Positions 1-11,691 of a stretch of 64,000 nt of DNA are shown here, piece after piece (within the stretch, counting starts at the first letter, position 1; each line of letters starts with the position of its first letter). A program made the position numbers and the translations under genes. This DNA is from Octopus vulgaris. Its lineage: Eukaryota. Under the pieces are notes generated by a model that saw nothing but the letters and a program-made list of their open reading frames with translations, was not told the origin of the DNA and ran no database searches. The stretch covers positions 95,294,001-95,358,000 of the forward strand of contig OX597814.1 of NCBI GenBank assembly GCA_951406725.2, in the 5' to 3' direction.

Positions 1-75
1 TAATCGACTTAATCCCTTTGTCTGTCCTTGTTTGTCCCTTCTATGTTTAGCCCCCTGTGGGCAATAAAGAAATAA
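1..75 (+). mobile_element. 3' tail of SINE family A, cut by window edge
   Basis: TAATCGACTTAATCCCTTTGTCTGTCCTTGTTTGTCCC...AAAGAAATAA matches the tails of the copies at 2829-3057, 35122-35355 and 61968-62146. Confidence 0.85.
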
Positions 76-1381
76 ATATCATTTTACTAAATTATTCATT
101 ATTTTGAAAATTACATGGCAGTGTATTTCAACAAAAATTTGGTAACATAAAAGGTTAAAGGTTCTATTCTAATTGGAGACAGCATGGAAAGTGGACGTTA
201 AACGATGATGATGATGATGATGATAAATTAGTAGCTTAGACAGTAACCAAATATTAGACATTTTATCACTTCAAATAACTTGAAATGGAACTGAGCTAAT
301 CACACAGAACACCAGAAGACTGCAAAACTGTCAAAAGATGCAAGAGGATAGACACAGATACACATACAAGAAAATCTTAAGTCATAGGCAAAAAAATGTG
401 TCAATTTAATTACAAAGATATGAAGAGCTGTTGTTTACATTCTAAAATAAATTAGACCAATAACATATAGAAAGAACATAATGATCTGATTATTGAGAGA
501 TCGTAATTTTGATATAGAAGTCTGATTCAGCTTCACTATTTATATATCAGTCAATCCTAAAGTTGAATTCACATAACAATACAAAAATTAAATTCAAGAA
601 AACTGCTGCTGCTGCTGCTGTTTGTAGTAGCAGTAGTAGTGGTGGTGATGGTGGTGTCAGCGGCGGCGGCAGTGGTGGTGGTAGCAGTAGTGGTAGTGAT
701 GGTGGTGGTGGTTATGTTGGTACTGCAACAGCTGATAATGATGATGATGGTGGTGATGATGATGATGATGATGACAAGAATCATAATGTGAACTATGATT
801 ACTAAAATCACCTTAATAATTAATCATCATCATAATAATTAAAGCTGCTAGTCTAAAGCAACAAAATGTCAGTGAGCGTTACTTATTGAAAAAAAACAGG
901 GGGCAAAAAAAACAAACTAACAACATAATCCTAGACCATCCCCACTTAATCAACTGTTATCTTCAGAAAAAGAAATGATAGGAATAACAGTCTCGACTCT
1001 ATAGCCCCTGCTTTCATTCTTTGAAACAATTCATGCATAAATAATGCAATATGAAATAAAAATGTACATAAATCACATTGACAACTCATAATTAACTGAT
1101 AAAGGATGTGATGGTCCTTAAGTACAAGTCAGGTGGGGTGGGGAGTTCTGTTTATTTATTCTGTATATTGTGAAAGTAATAGAAACATTACATCAGAAGT
1201 GTAACCTCAGACATCTAAAATGATTCCTTTCAACTAAACACAGGCTTAAATTTCGAAAACGGGGTCATATCATATTACTGGCTGTGTGGTACCTTGGGTA
1301 GGTGTCTTCTACTAGAACACCCTGGACCAAACAATACTTTGTGAGTGAATTTCGTAGACAGAAACTGTGTGGAACCCCCTA

Positions 1382-1442
<61 letters not shown>

Positions 1443-1602
1443 CCGTCGTCATCATCATCATCATCATCGTTTAACGTCCGCTTTCCATGCTAACATGGGT
1501 TGGACGGTTTGACTGAGGGCTGGAAAACCAGATGGCTACACCAGGCTCCACTCTTGATCTGGCAGAGTTTCTACAGCTGGATGCCCTTCCTAACTCCAAC
1601 GA

Positions 1603-1649
<47 letters not shown>

Positions 1650-1863
1650 ATGTATGTATATTATTCATTATATATACAGTTTACACTGTATATATAATGA
1701 ATAATATATAGTCTATTGACTATATATAACGAGGAAGCAAAAGAGGAAGAGGAACATGAAGACAGAGGTCATGAAAGCTTATCACAGGAGGTTGAACATC
1801 ATGGAGGAAATGAACAGTTGTAACAATTTGAGTAGTACTGGACTAATAAAGAACCATCTAAAC

Positions 1864-2142
1864 CAGCAGTTCTCAACTATGGTCCATATGATCCTCAGGG
1901 CACTATACGACCCTTAGGGGTCTATATTAAATTTTGTTGTTAAAATTCCTGTTCAATAAATTCCTCGTACTTCTATAATAATAAAAAAAAAATTTGATTT
2001 TATTTATACAATTCCTAATAATATTTAATTATAAAAATGCAGTAGGATTTTTTTTTATATATACATTGACTGGCTACAGAGGTCCAATAGAATAACATAG
2101 GAATCTCTGGGTCCACAGGCAGAAAATGGTTGAGAACTACTG
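1864..2142. mobile_element. hAT (Charlie-like) MITE
   Basis: Terminal inverted repeats CAGCAGTTCTCAAC / GTTGAGAACTACTG resemble the CAGTGGTTCTCAA ends of hAT-Charlie MITEs; non-coding interior; TSD degraded. Confidence 0.7.
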
Positions 2143-2828
2143 ATTGACACAATGAAAGCATGGAGCAATGACAACAACAAAACATGCTAACCTAGTGGTT
2201 AGGGCATTGCACTCATGATCATGAGATTGTAGTTTCAATTCCTGGACTGGGTGGTGGTGGTGTGTGTGTGTGTGTGTGCATGTGTGTGTGTGTGTGTGTG
2301 TGTGAATGAGGAAGCAAAACACTTCATCTCATTTATCCGCACTTAAACATGGATGTTCTGTGAGAAAAAAAACTATCCTGTGATAGATACCATAAAAGAA
2401 ACTCCCATATTGGCTTTTGGTGCAAAATACACTCTTGTTTATATCGCTAGCAGGGAGATAAATCCCCACCACCTCCAGCACCAAGACCACCAGGCCACGT
2501 GATTTTGACCTTCCTTGGTCTTGTCAATGATGGAAGCTTGACTGTTAGAGATAACAGTGACTCATCTCCCCACCAGCAATTATAGAAAAACAGTACCATA
2601 ACAGGCACTGGTGCTGTGATTAACCATTCTGTCACTAATATATACTTCATTTCATGCTGCTCTGCAATTACTTAGATACCTGATTTGTGGAATTTTTTTG
2701 ATGATAGACATTAACACCCATCTGTGATTAGAAGGTGGACTCATCAAACTCTTATTAAGGGTAACTAACATGTCTCGTTAGGAAGAGGAAGGCATTAGAG
2801 TCTTGTGTGTTGGTAATCAGAAGTTACA

Positions 2829-3057
2829 AGGTGGCAAGCTGGCAGAAACATTAGCATGCTGGGCGAAATGCCTAGCGGTATTTCATCTTTACATTCTGAG
2901 TTCAAATTCCACCATGGTCAACTTAGCCTTTCATCCTTTGGGGGTTGATTAAATAAGTACCAGTTATGCACTGGGGTCAATGTAATCAACTTAATCCCTT
3001 TGTCTGTCCTTGTTTGTCCCCTCTATGTTTAGCCCTTTGTGGGCAATAAAGAAATAA
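2829..3057 (+). mobile_element. tRNA-derived SINE family A
   Basis: Head GGTGGCAAGCTGGCAGAAAC, B-box GAGTTCAAATTCC, core GCCTTTCATCCTTTGGGGGTTGATTAAATAAGTACCAG; imperfect TSD AGAAGTTACA/AGGAGTTACA. Many related copies (about 21140-21340, 24415-24610, 35026-35730, 39810-40265). Confidence 0.85.
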
Positions 3058-3300
3058 GGAGTTACATCTGCGAATACACTGCTTTACCCCTGCTTCGTTA
3101 TAGCCATATATCCACAACCAAGGATACAAAAGGTATACTGTGCATCTGTTCAGACACTGTCGATTTGACCGAGAAAGTGAGCTAATGTACAGCACACACA
3201 TTTGATCACTATAAACAATTCACTTGTGCAGGTCCTTCAGCTAAAACCAAACTGTCAAACATTCATCATCAACTGGCGATTCCATCAAATCATATATATA

Positions 3301-4420
3301 CATCATCATCATCATCATCTTCATTTAACGTCCGCCTTCCATGCTAGCATGGGTTGGATGGTTCAACTGGGGTCTGGGGAGCCCGAAAGCTGCACCAGTC
3401 CAGTCAGATCTGGCAGTGTTTCTACAGCTGGATGCCCTTCCTAACGCCAACCACTCCGAGAGTGTAGTGGGTGATTTTATGTGCCACCGACACAGGTGCC
3501 AGACGAGGCTGGCAAACGACCACGCTCGGATGGTGTTTTTTTCATGTGCCACCGACACAGGTGCCAGACGAGGCTGGCAGACGGCCACGCTCGGATGGTG
3601 TTTTTTATGTGCCACCGACACAGGTGCCAGACGAGGCTGGCAGACGGCCACGCTCGGATGGTGTTTTTATGTGCCACCGACACAGGTGCCAGATGAGGCT
3701 GGCAAACGGCCACGATCGGATGGTGTTTGTTACGTGCCCACAGCACGGAGGCCAGTCGATGCGGTACTGGCTACGGCCACGTTCGGATGGTTTTCTTGTG
3801 TGCCACGTGCCACCGGCACTGGTACCACAAAGATACAAATTCCATTGATGTTCATCTATTTTGATTTGTTTTGATTTTCACTTGCCTCAACAGGTCTTCA
3901 CAAGTGTCACAAGAAGGAAGGTATGCACAGGTGGACTGACTACGTCCCAGGTAGGGGCCACAGGTTATGGCCTGACTAGTCTTGCCGGGTCTTCGGATGG
4001 TGTTTTTATGTGCCACCGACACAGGTGCCAGATGAGGCTGGCGAACGGCCACGATCGGATGGTGTTTGTTACGTGCCCACAGCACGGAGGCCAGTCGGTG
4101 CAGTACTGGCTACGGCCACGTTCGGATGGTTTTCTTGTGTGCCACCGGCACTGGTACCACAAAGATACAATTCCATTAATGTTCATCTATTTTGATTTGT
4201 TTTGATTTGATTTGATTTGATTTGTTTTGATTTCATTTTGATTTTCACTTGCCTCAACAGGCCTTCACAAGTATCACAAGGAGGAAGGTATGCACAGGTG
4301 GACTGACTACGTCCCAGGTAGGGGCCATGGGATATGGCCTGACTAGTCTTGCCGGGTCTTCGGATGGTGTTTTTATGTGCCACCGACACAGGTGCTAGAT
4401 GAGGCTGGCGAATGGCCACG
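3301..4420 (-). mobile_element. 5'-truncated RTE LINE 3'UTR with internal tandem duplications
   Basis: Same 3' end and (CAT)n tail as the RTE at 5571-7343; about 60-bp unit repeated four times (about 3475-3730); a 340-370 bp block ending CTTGCCGGGTCTT (the ORF-end region of the RTE) is repeated at 3655-3993 and 3994-4360, with a partial third copy. Confidence 0.85.
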
Positions 4421-4455
<35 letters not shown>

Positions 4456-4563
4456 ATATACATATATAAATATATATAAATATATAAATATATATACATA
4501 TATACATATATAAATATATATACATATATACATATATATATATATACATATATAAATATATAT

Positions 4564-4617
<54 letters not shown>

Positions 4618-4825
4618 GTATGTATGTATACTCATACCACAGGCTTCTATTAGTTCCCATCTACCAAATCTTCTCACAAGCTGTGTGTCTATCTACCTGT
4701 CTGTCTATTTGTATATCTGTCTATCTCTCTATCTATCTACCTACCTATCTACCTATCTATCTCTCCGTCTATCTATCTCTCTCTCTATCTATTTTTTTTT
4801 CAGGATTAAATAAAAAGAAGACATG

Positions 4826-4890
<65 letters not shown>

Positions 4891-5533
4891 TATATATATA
4901 ATTCAAAAATATGTATAGTAAATAAACAAATAGACATATACTTAATACACAGGCAAACAGAAAACCCAGAACTAAATACACTATATATATATACATATAT
5001 ATACATGCATGCACACACACACACACACAAACATACAGGCTTCTTTATAAATCTTTTTAGCATTAATATATACCAGTAAACAGCTAAAGTCAGTTAAGCT
5101 TCCTAATGTTTGTGTATGAGAGAAAGAGAGAGAGAGAGAGAGTGTGTGTATGTGTATGTGTGTGTATTTGTATGTATGTATGTATGTTTATTTTTATGTA
5201 TGTAAAATGCACAGGAAGAGCATCCAGCTGTAGAAAATCTGCTGCAATAAATTTCGTCTAACTCATGCAAGCATGGAAAAACGGACGCTAAATGATGATG
5301 ATGATGATGGTGTATGTTCCGTTTCAAGTGTGTATGTGTGCATGTATGCATGTATATGTGTATATATATATGTGTGTCTTTGTGTATATATATGTATATA
5401 TGTATATGCATATATGTTTCTATCATCATCATTATCACCATCATATATATATATGTATATATATGTATATATGTGTATATATCTGTGCATACATATATGT
5501 GTATGTGTGTGTCTGTATATGTGTGTATATACA

Positions 5534-5570
<37 letters not shown>

Positions 5571-7343
5571 CATCATCATCATCATCATCATCATCATCGT
5601 CCAGCGTCCGCCTTCCATGCTAGCATGGGTTGGACGGTTCTACTGGGGTCTGTGAAGCCAGAAGGCTTCATCAGGCCCAGTCAAATCTGGCAGTGTTTCT
5701 ACGGCTGGATGCCCTTCCTAACGCCAACCACTCCGTGAGTGTAGTGGGTGCTTTTTACGTGCCACCCGCACTGGTGCCAGACAGAGCTGGCAAACGGCCA
5801 CGAACGGATGGTGCTTTTTATGTGCCACTGGCACGAGGGCCAGGCGTGGCTGGCAACAGACACGAAACGGGGCGGTGCTGGCAACGGTCGCGAAACGGAA
5901 AGTTCTCTTACATGCCACCGGCACTGGTAACACATCTGCAATTTCCATTGATCGATTTCCATTGATCGATTTCGATTCTGATCCTCACTTGCCTCAACGG
6001 GTCTTCACAAGCAGAGTTTTGACATGCCACCGGCACTGGTAGCACATCCGCAATTTCCATTGATCGATTTCGATTCTGATCCTCACTTGCCTCAACACGT
6101 CTTCACAAGTAGAGTTATGGACTCACTTGTCCTGCCGGGTCTTCTCGCGCACAGCACACTTCCAGAGGTCTCGGTCTCTAGTCATTTCCTCAGTGAGACC
6201 TAAAGTTCGAAGGTCGTGCTTCACCACCTCGTCCCAGGTTTTCCTGGGTCTGCCTCTTCCACAGGTTCCCTCAACCGCTAGGGTGTGGCACTTTTTCACA
6301 CAACTATCTTCATCCATTCTCGCCACATGACCATACCAGCGCAAACGTCTCTCTTGCACACCACAACTGATGCTTCTTAGGTCCAGCTTTTCTCTCAAGG
6401 TACTTACACTCTGCCGAGTGTGAGTACCGGCATTACACATCCATCGGAGCATACTGGCTTCATTTCTAGCGAGCTTACGCATATCCTCAGCAGTCACGGC
6501 CCATGTTTCACTGCCATGTAGCATGGCTGTTCGTACACACGCATCATACAGTCTGCCTTTCACTCTGTGCGAGAGGCCTTTTGTCACCAGCAGAGGTAAG
6601 AGCTCTCTGAACTTTGCCCAAGCTATTCTTACTCTAGCAGTTACACTTTCAGCACACCCGCCCCCGCTGCTGACTTGGTCACCTAGGTAACGGAAACTAT
6701 CAACTATTTCTAGTTTTTCTCCCTGGAAAGTGACGGAAGTTGGTCTCAGAGCATTTTCAGTGTTTATTGTTCCTGAGCATCTGCCACATACAAAAACCAT
6801 CTTCCTAGTTAGCCTTCCTTTGACATTGCTGCATCTCTTATGTGTCCATAGCTTACACTTAGTGCATCTTATAGAGTTTCTACCTACACCTTTTCTACAG
6901 ATCGAGCAGGGCCATCTACCTGAAGGTGTTTGTGATTTGTCTACCTTCCTACTGATTACGACTTTGGTTTTAGCTAGATTGACTCTGAGGCCCTTCGATT
7001 CTAATCCTTGTTTCCACACCTGAAACTTCTCCTCCAGTTCTGATAGCGACTCAGCAATTAGAGCAAGGTCATCAGCATAGAGGAGCTCCCAAGGGCATCC
7101 TGTCTTGAATTCCTCCGTTATTGCCTGGAGGACTATGATAAATAGGAGGGGGCTGAGTACTGAGCCTTGGTGGACTCCTACCTCTACCCGGAATTCTTCA
7201 CTGTACACATTTCCAACCCTCACCCTACTAGCGGCGTCCCTATACATGGCCCGCACAGCTCTCACTAACCATTCATCTATCCCTAGTTTCCTCATTGCCC
7301 ACCAGATAAGGGATCGGGGGACCCTGTCGAAGGCTTTCTCCAA
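5571..7343 (-). mobile_element. RTE-clade non-LTR retrotransposon, 5'-truncated, inserted in a (TA)n tract
   Basis: RT ORF plus about 550-bp 3'UTR ending in an (ATG)n tail (CAT repeat at 5571-5598); (TA)n on both sides; the 3' end is shared with many short copies (1440-1600, 10825-10948, 13480-13745, 32079-32380, 47138-47312, 48657-48915). Confidence 0.93.
6123..7343 (-). CDS. Partial RTE reverse transcriptase ORF (406 aa, uninterrupted, N-terminally truncated)
   Basis: Motifs (L)EKAFDRV, GVHQGSVLSPLLF, LLYADDL, GLRVNLAKTK, FRYLG, RRLRWYGHVARM, GRGRPRKTW are typical of RTE ORF2; starts at the truncation point, not a true start codon. Confidence 0.93.
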   Translation of the reverse strand: MEKAFDRVPRSLIWWAMRKLGIDEWLVRAVRAMYRDAASRVRVGNVYSEEFRVEVGVHQGSVLSPLLFIIVLQAITEEFKTGCPWELLYADDLALIAESLSELEEKFQVWKQGLESKGLRVNLAKTKVVISRKVDKSQTPSGRWPCSICRKGVGRNSIRCTKCKLWTHKRCSNVKGRLTRKMVFVCGRCSGTINTENALRPTSVTFQGEKLEIVDSFRYLGDQVSSGGGCAESVTARVRIAWAKFRELLPLLVTKGLSHRVKGRLYDACVRTAMLHGSETWAVTAEDMRKLARNEASMLRWMCNAGTHTRQSVSTLREKLDLRSISCGVQERRLRWYGHVARMDEDSCVKKCHTLAVEGTCGRGRPRKTWDEVVKHDLRTLGLTEEMTRDRDLWKCAVREKTRQDK

Positions 7344-7418
7344 GAAGGATATATATATATATTACGGAGATGTACTCGCATAGCAAGTAATTTGATCTAA
7401 GATCGTGTGCTGAAACGA

Positions 7419-7702
7419 AAACAATTGCAGCGTGGAAGGTGTTTATAAGCCATTTAAGAAACACACAAAAGCCGTTCGATTCACTCCAACATTTAAGTTT
7501 AATTTGTCAAAATATTTTCGTCGCTAAAATCCGCGACCTGTTCACTGACAAAGTCCGTGCTGCATCTCGGACTTTGTGAGTGAACAGGTCGCGGATTTTA
7601 GCGACGAAAATATTTTGACAAATTAAACTTAAATGTTGGAGTGAATCGAACGGCTTTTGTGTGTTTCTTAAATGGCTTATAAACACCTTCCACGCTGCAA
7701 TT

Positions 7703-7706
<4 letters not shown>
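7419..7706. repeat. Near-perfect fold-back (139-bp arms, 10-nt spacer) containing a hammerhead-like fold; PLE-type terminus
   Basis: Arms 7419-7557 and 7568-7706 are reverse complements with one mismatch seen; bounded by (TA)n at about 7348-7362 and 7706-7740. Confidence 0.9.
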
Positions 7707-7746
<40 letters not shown>

Positions 7747-7832
7747 GTAGGTCCCGGGTTGATTCGGGGTTAACCACAGTAAGTAAGGTACTCAATACAT
7801 AGCAGAGTAAAATTAATTTATTATATAGAAGG

Positions 7833-7883
7833 AGCTTCTACAGGACTAGTACTGTTTCATTCAAGAGAAATCTTCAGGAAGCT
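7833..7883 (-). ncRNA. Type I hammerhead ribozyme (inverted copy of 7980-8030)
   Basis: Exact reverse complement of the plus-strand HHR, inside 79-bp inverted arms 7815-7893 / 7970-8048. Confidence 0.8.
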
Positions 7884-7979
7884 ATTTAACAAGCTACTGC
7901 CTACCCCCAAAAAAGTCCCCCACCACCACTCCTTTAAACCTGCCTAAATGTATAAATGCTAATACAATTCTTGTTAAAT

Positions 7980-8030
7980 AGCTTCCTGAAGATTTCTCTT
8001 GAATGAAACAGTACTAGTCCTGTAGAAGCT
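7980..8030 (+). ncRNA. Type I hammerhead ribozyme
   Basis: AGCTTC-CTGAAGA-t TTC tctt GAA t-GAAA-CAG tactagtc CTG-TA-GAAGCT: 6-bp stem I, canonical core, GUA triplet (predicted cut after 8024), AATAAA at 8041-8046. Confidence 0.82.
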
Positions 8031-8052
8031 CCTTCTATATAATAAATTTAAA

Positions 8053-8125
<73 letters not shown>

Positions 8126-8393
8126 CTGTATATTCATACATACTATATTTGAGAATGGGTTACAAAGATAACAAAATGCAAAGCAGTAGCAGCAGCACAC
8201 GCCCCTATCTTACCCTACTCTATCCTATAGCCATCAATGGGTTTAATCCTGGAGACCTTATTATTTTGTTTGCTCATCTATTTTATTATTCCTTAACTAT
8301 TTTTGTTTTGTTTCATTTTATTTCCATTAGATACATACATATATATATATATATTTATATATATATATATATATGTTTCATTTTATTTCCATT

Positions 8394-8433
<40 letters not shown>

Positions 8434-8596
8434 TATTATTATTATTATTACTACCATTGCTACCTACTACCTCCTCCTCATCTTCATCATTGCCATCTTT
8501 ATTGTCTTTTATATGTATAATCTTTGCTAACCCCATTTTGTTTATGTTGAGTACTACCCTCACAGACATGCATACACAACCACATAAGCACATTCC

Positions 8597-8645
<49 letters not shown>

Positions 8646-8789
8646 ACACACACACACCATGCCCAAAAGAGTGGCATTGCTGACATTTAAAAAGCAGAAA
8701 CCAAAAACATTGACACACGTACAAACACACTACCATCACAAAAATCCTTATCCTGCATACACACACACATACACGCGCACACACACACA

Positions 8790-8833
<44 letters not shown>

Positions 8834-10054
8834 TACACACACATACACACACACAACCTGGCAAAATGCAAAATAATGATGAAACATCGACAAAACTACA
8901 GCAACAACAAAAAGACCCAAAACACCCCTGTAAAAAAAAAAAAAACCAAAAAGAAAAGAAAACAACAAAACAAAACCCCCATGTTGAATATGATAAAATT
9001 GTTAAATAAAAACTGAAGCAACAAGTAAGGAAGGAAGACAAATAGACAAACTGTTGCCATTATACATGTCTTTCTTTGGTGTACTGTTTGAAAGTATTAC
9101 CATTTTTTTAATACTGACAACTACAATAAGAATTCAGGATAATGTCATTTTGTTGTTGTTGTTGTTGGGGGTAACAAAGCTAGTAATGGTTCTTGTGTTC
9201 AGCCTCAGATCAGCAACTCTGAGCAAGCAGTCCTATGTTCAAATGCGTTTCTGTTTGGACCATCCCAGCTACTTTTGTTTAGTTCTTTTTTTTTTTTTTG
9301 TATTCTTTTTGGTTTTATGGCATGACATGATTGAGATTTGGTTGATATTTCTAGCATGTCGGATAACCATATAAAAGCATCTTTGGGCTTAGCCCCTGTT
9401 TTGTTGACTCCTGTGAGCTCCCTCCTTTGTTTCAAAGTAGTGGTGGTGATGGGAAGTGCATAGGTAGAGAGAGAAAGCAGAGGATGGGGGGGGGGGGGGG
9501 ACATTGACATTCATTCAGGTTGCTATGGTAATGAAAATAATTTAAAATAAACCCCCCAAAAAATAGAAGAAAATAATGTCTAAGAGTTAGCTAAAACAAA
9601 TAGCTAAGTGAACATACACCTCCAGGCGTAAACCATTCCTACCCACTAATTTCCATATATATCAATATAGATGCCAGCATGGCAATGAGGTTGAGTTAAA
9701 ACGTTCACTTCCCAACCATGTGGTTCCAGGTTCAGGTCCCACTGTGTGACACCTCAAGCAGGTGTCCTCTACTATAGCCCAGGGGCCAACGTCATGTGAA
9801 TAGATTTTGTAGATGTAAACTGAAAGAAGACTGGCATGTGTGAGCATGTGTTTATGTATGTGTGTGTATATATATATGTGTATGTGTATATATATATATA
9901 TATATCATCATCATCATCATCATCGTTTAACGTCCGTTTTCCGCGCTATATATAATATATATATATATGTATGTATGTATACACACACACATATATATAT
10001 AACATAAGGTCATATGTGAGAGGTGAAGAGATGTATTTTTCCATGACTTCTATA

Positions 10055-10174
10055 TGATTACAGCTGTTTTGTAACCTCCTGCATGTAGTGTTAATTTCCG
10101 TATAGGAAATTACACATACATGTTTACATCAATATCTATCAATGCAAATAAAGAAAAATTAACTCATCTGATCA
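10055..10174 (-). ncRNA. Degenerate hammerhead ribozyme remnant
   Basis: Minus strand: TGAT-CAGATGA-(long, poorly paired stem II)-AAAA-CAGCTG-TA-ATCA; stem I intact, two core substitutions; near a (TA)n tract. Confidence 0.45.
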
Positions 10175-10763
10175 TCAGAATTCCTAGCCCTTAAAAATCA
10201 TTGTAGAGTTTATTTTCAGAATAGGTCTCATTTTCAGGGAAATACATACATACATACATACATACATAATGTTGGGTGGCACATATATGTTATATGTGAA
10301 TGTGGGGAAGCAGGTATGGCTAAAGAGTTGAAGTTAACTTTGCAATCATGAGAACCTGGATTCAGTCCTGCTGTACAGCATCTTGAGCAAGTGCATTTTT
10401 CAAAGACTTGAGTAAATGAAAACTGTGTGGAAGCCTATCTGATGGAATCTATCTGATTCAGCTTGAGAATTATGTTGGAGGTAATCATGTTTATGGAATA
10501 CTCAGCCACTCAAAAGTTGATTTTTCACAAGTAATTCAGTTGGTCGAACAATTGAATGCTCATTACCCAAATTTATCTTCGTTGTGTATTTTCTATACGT
10601 ATTTCTACAGTCGTTGCTCCGATGAACATTCTGACCGAGTATTCTCAGTCAAGATCTTTAAAAGTGTCATCTGTTTTTCTTTCCAGATGCATCGTTTCTC
10701 TGTTAAGCTTCATTTTATGAGAATGTGTGTGAGAGTGTGTGTGAGTGTGAGTGTATGTGTGTC

Positions 10764-10825
<62 letters not shown>

Positions 10826-11134
10826 AAGGGGTTGGCGTTAGGAAGGGCATCCAGCCGTAGAAACACTGCCAGATCAGACCCCAGTTGAACCGTCCAACCC
10901 ATGCTAGCATGGAAAGCGGACGCTAAATGATGATGATGATGATGATGATATATATATAAACTGCCATGTGCAAGACATATATATATATATATAAACTGCC
11001 ATGCACAATGTGTTACCGTAAAGGAAAACTATAATTGTCACTAAATGCATCTAAGGGTGTTAAAATACATTAGTGACTTGCTAAATCATCCATAAATTTT
11101 TATCGTGAATATATAAATGGTGATAGTTAATTAA

Positions 11135-11354
11135 CCCTTTAGCATTCAAACCAGCCATATCCGGCCAAAATATTTAACCTGTTTTATATTAAAACTGACC
11201 AAATCTCGCCTCTCACCTCAGCCCTACCATGTCATTCTAAAACTAAAAAATCACATCACTGAAATCTCTAAACTACAAGATAATGCATGATTAATTCAAA
11301 ACAATATAAATAAACAAACATCACATTTGACAGAATAAGCTGAACACTAAAGGG
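11135..11354. mobile_element. piggyBac-type MITE (TTAA target)
   Basis: TTAA|CCCTTTAG...CTAAAGGG|TTAA; two further copies in tandem, opposite orientation, at about 26363-26760. Confidence 0.8.
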
Positions 11355-11382
11355 TTAAGCCTGGAATCAGCCAAGTGAGTGG

Positions 11383-11435
11383 TCCTTACAGATGATGCTA
11401 TGGAAATAGATGAAACTGATCGGTCAGTATAAGGA
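11383..11435 (+). ncRNA. Type I hammerhead ribozyme with one core substitution
   Basis: TCCTTA-CAGATGA-tg CTAT ggaa ATAG at-GAAA-CTGA tcgg TCAG-TA-TAAGGA; 6-bp stem I, GNRA-capped stem II; lies between 43-45 bp inverted arms 11026-11070 / 11541-11583. Confidence 0.7.
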
Positions 11436-11615
11436 AGTCTTGAACAGTGTTTTGGGCAATTACAGTCCCTCTCAGCATATATGTATACAATTATGTGCTT
11501 TAACTACAGCATTAACTCATTTTAGTTCTTATTTCTAGCAATGTTCTAACACTCTTAGTTGCATTTAGTGACAGTTATAGTTTACCTATATACACTGACA
11601 CATCACATAATAGAC

Positions 11616-11691
<76 letters not shown>

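Noticed and set aside
2500-2660. Possible LINE endonuclease remnant
   Set aside because: Motif similarity too weak to call by eye.
3475-3730. Four 60-bp direct repeats resembling a CRISPR array
   Set aside because: No unique spacers, eukaryotic context, and the unit is part of the RTE 3'UTR.
4183-5738. YI/CV/HT-rich ORFs (also throughout the window)
   Set aside because: Dinucleotide microsatellite translations.
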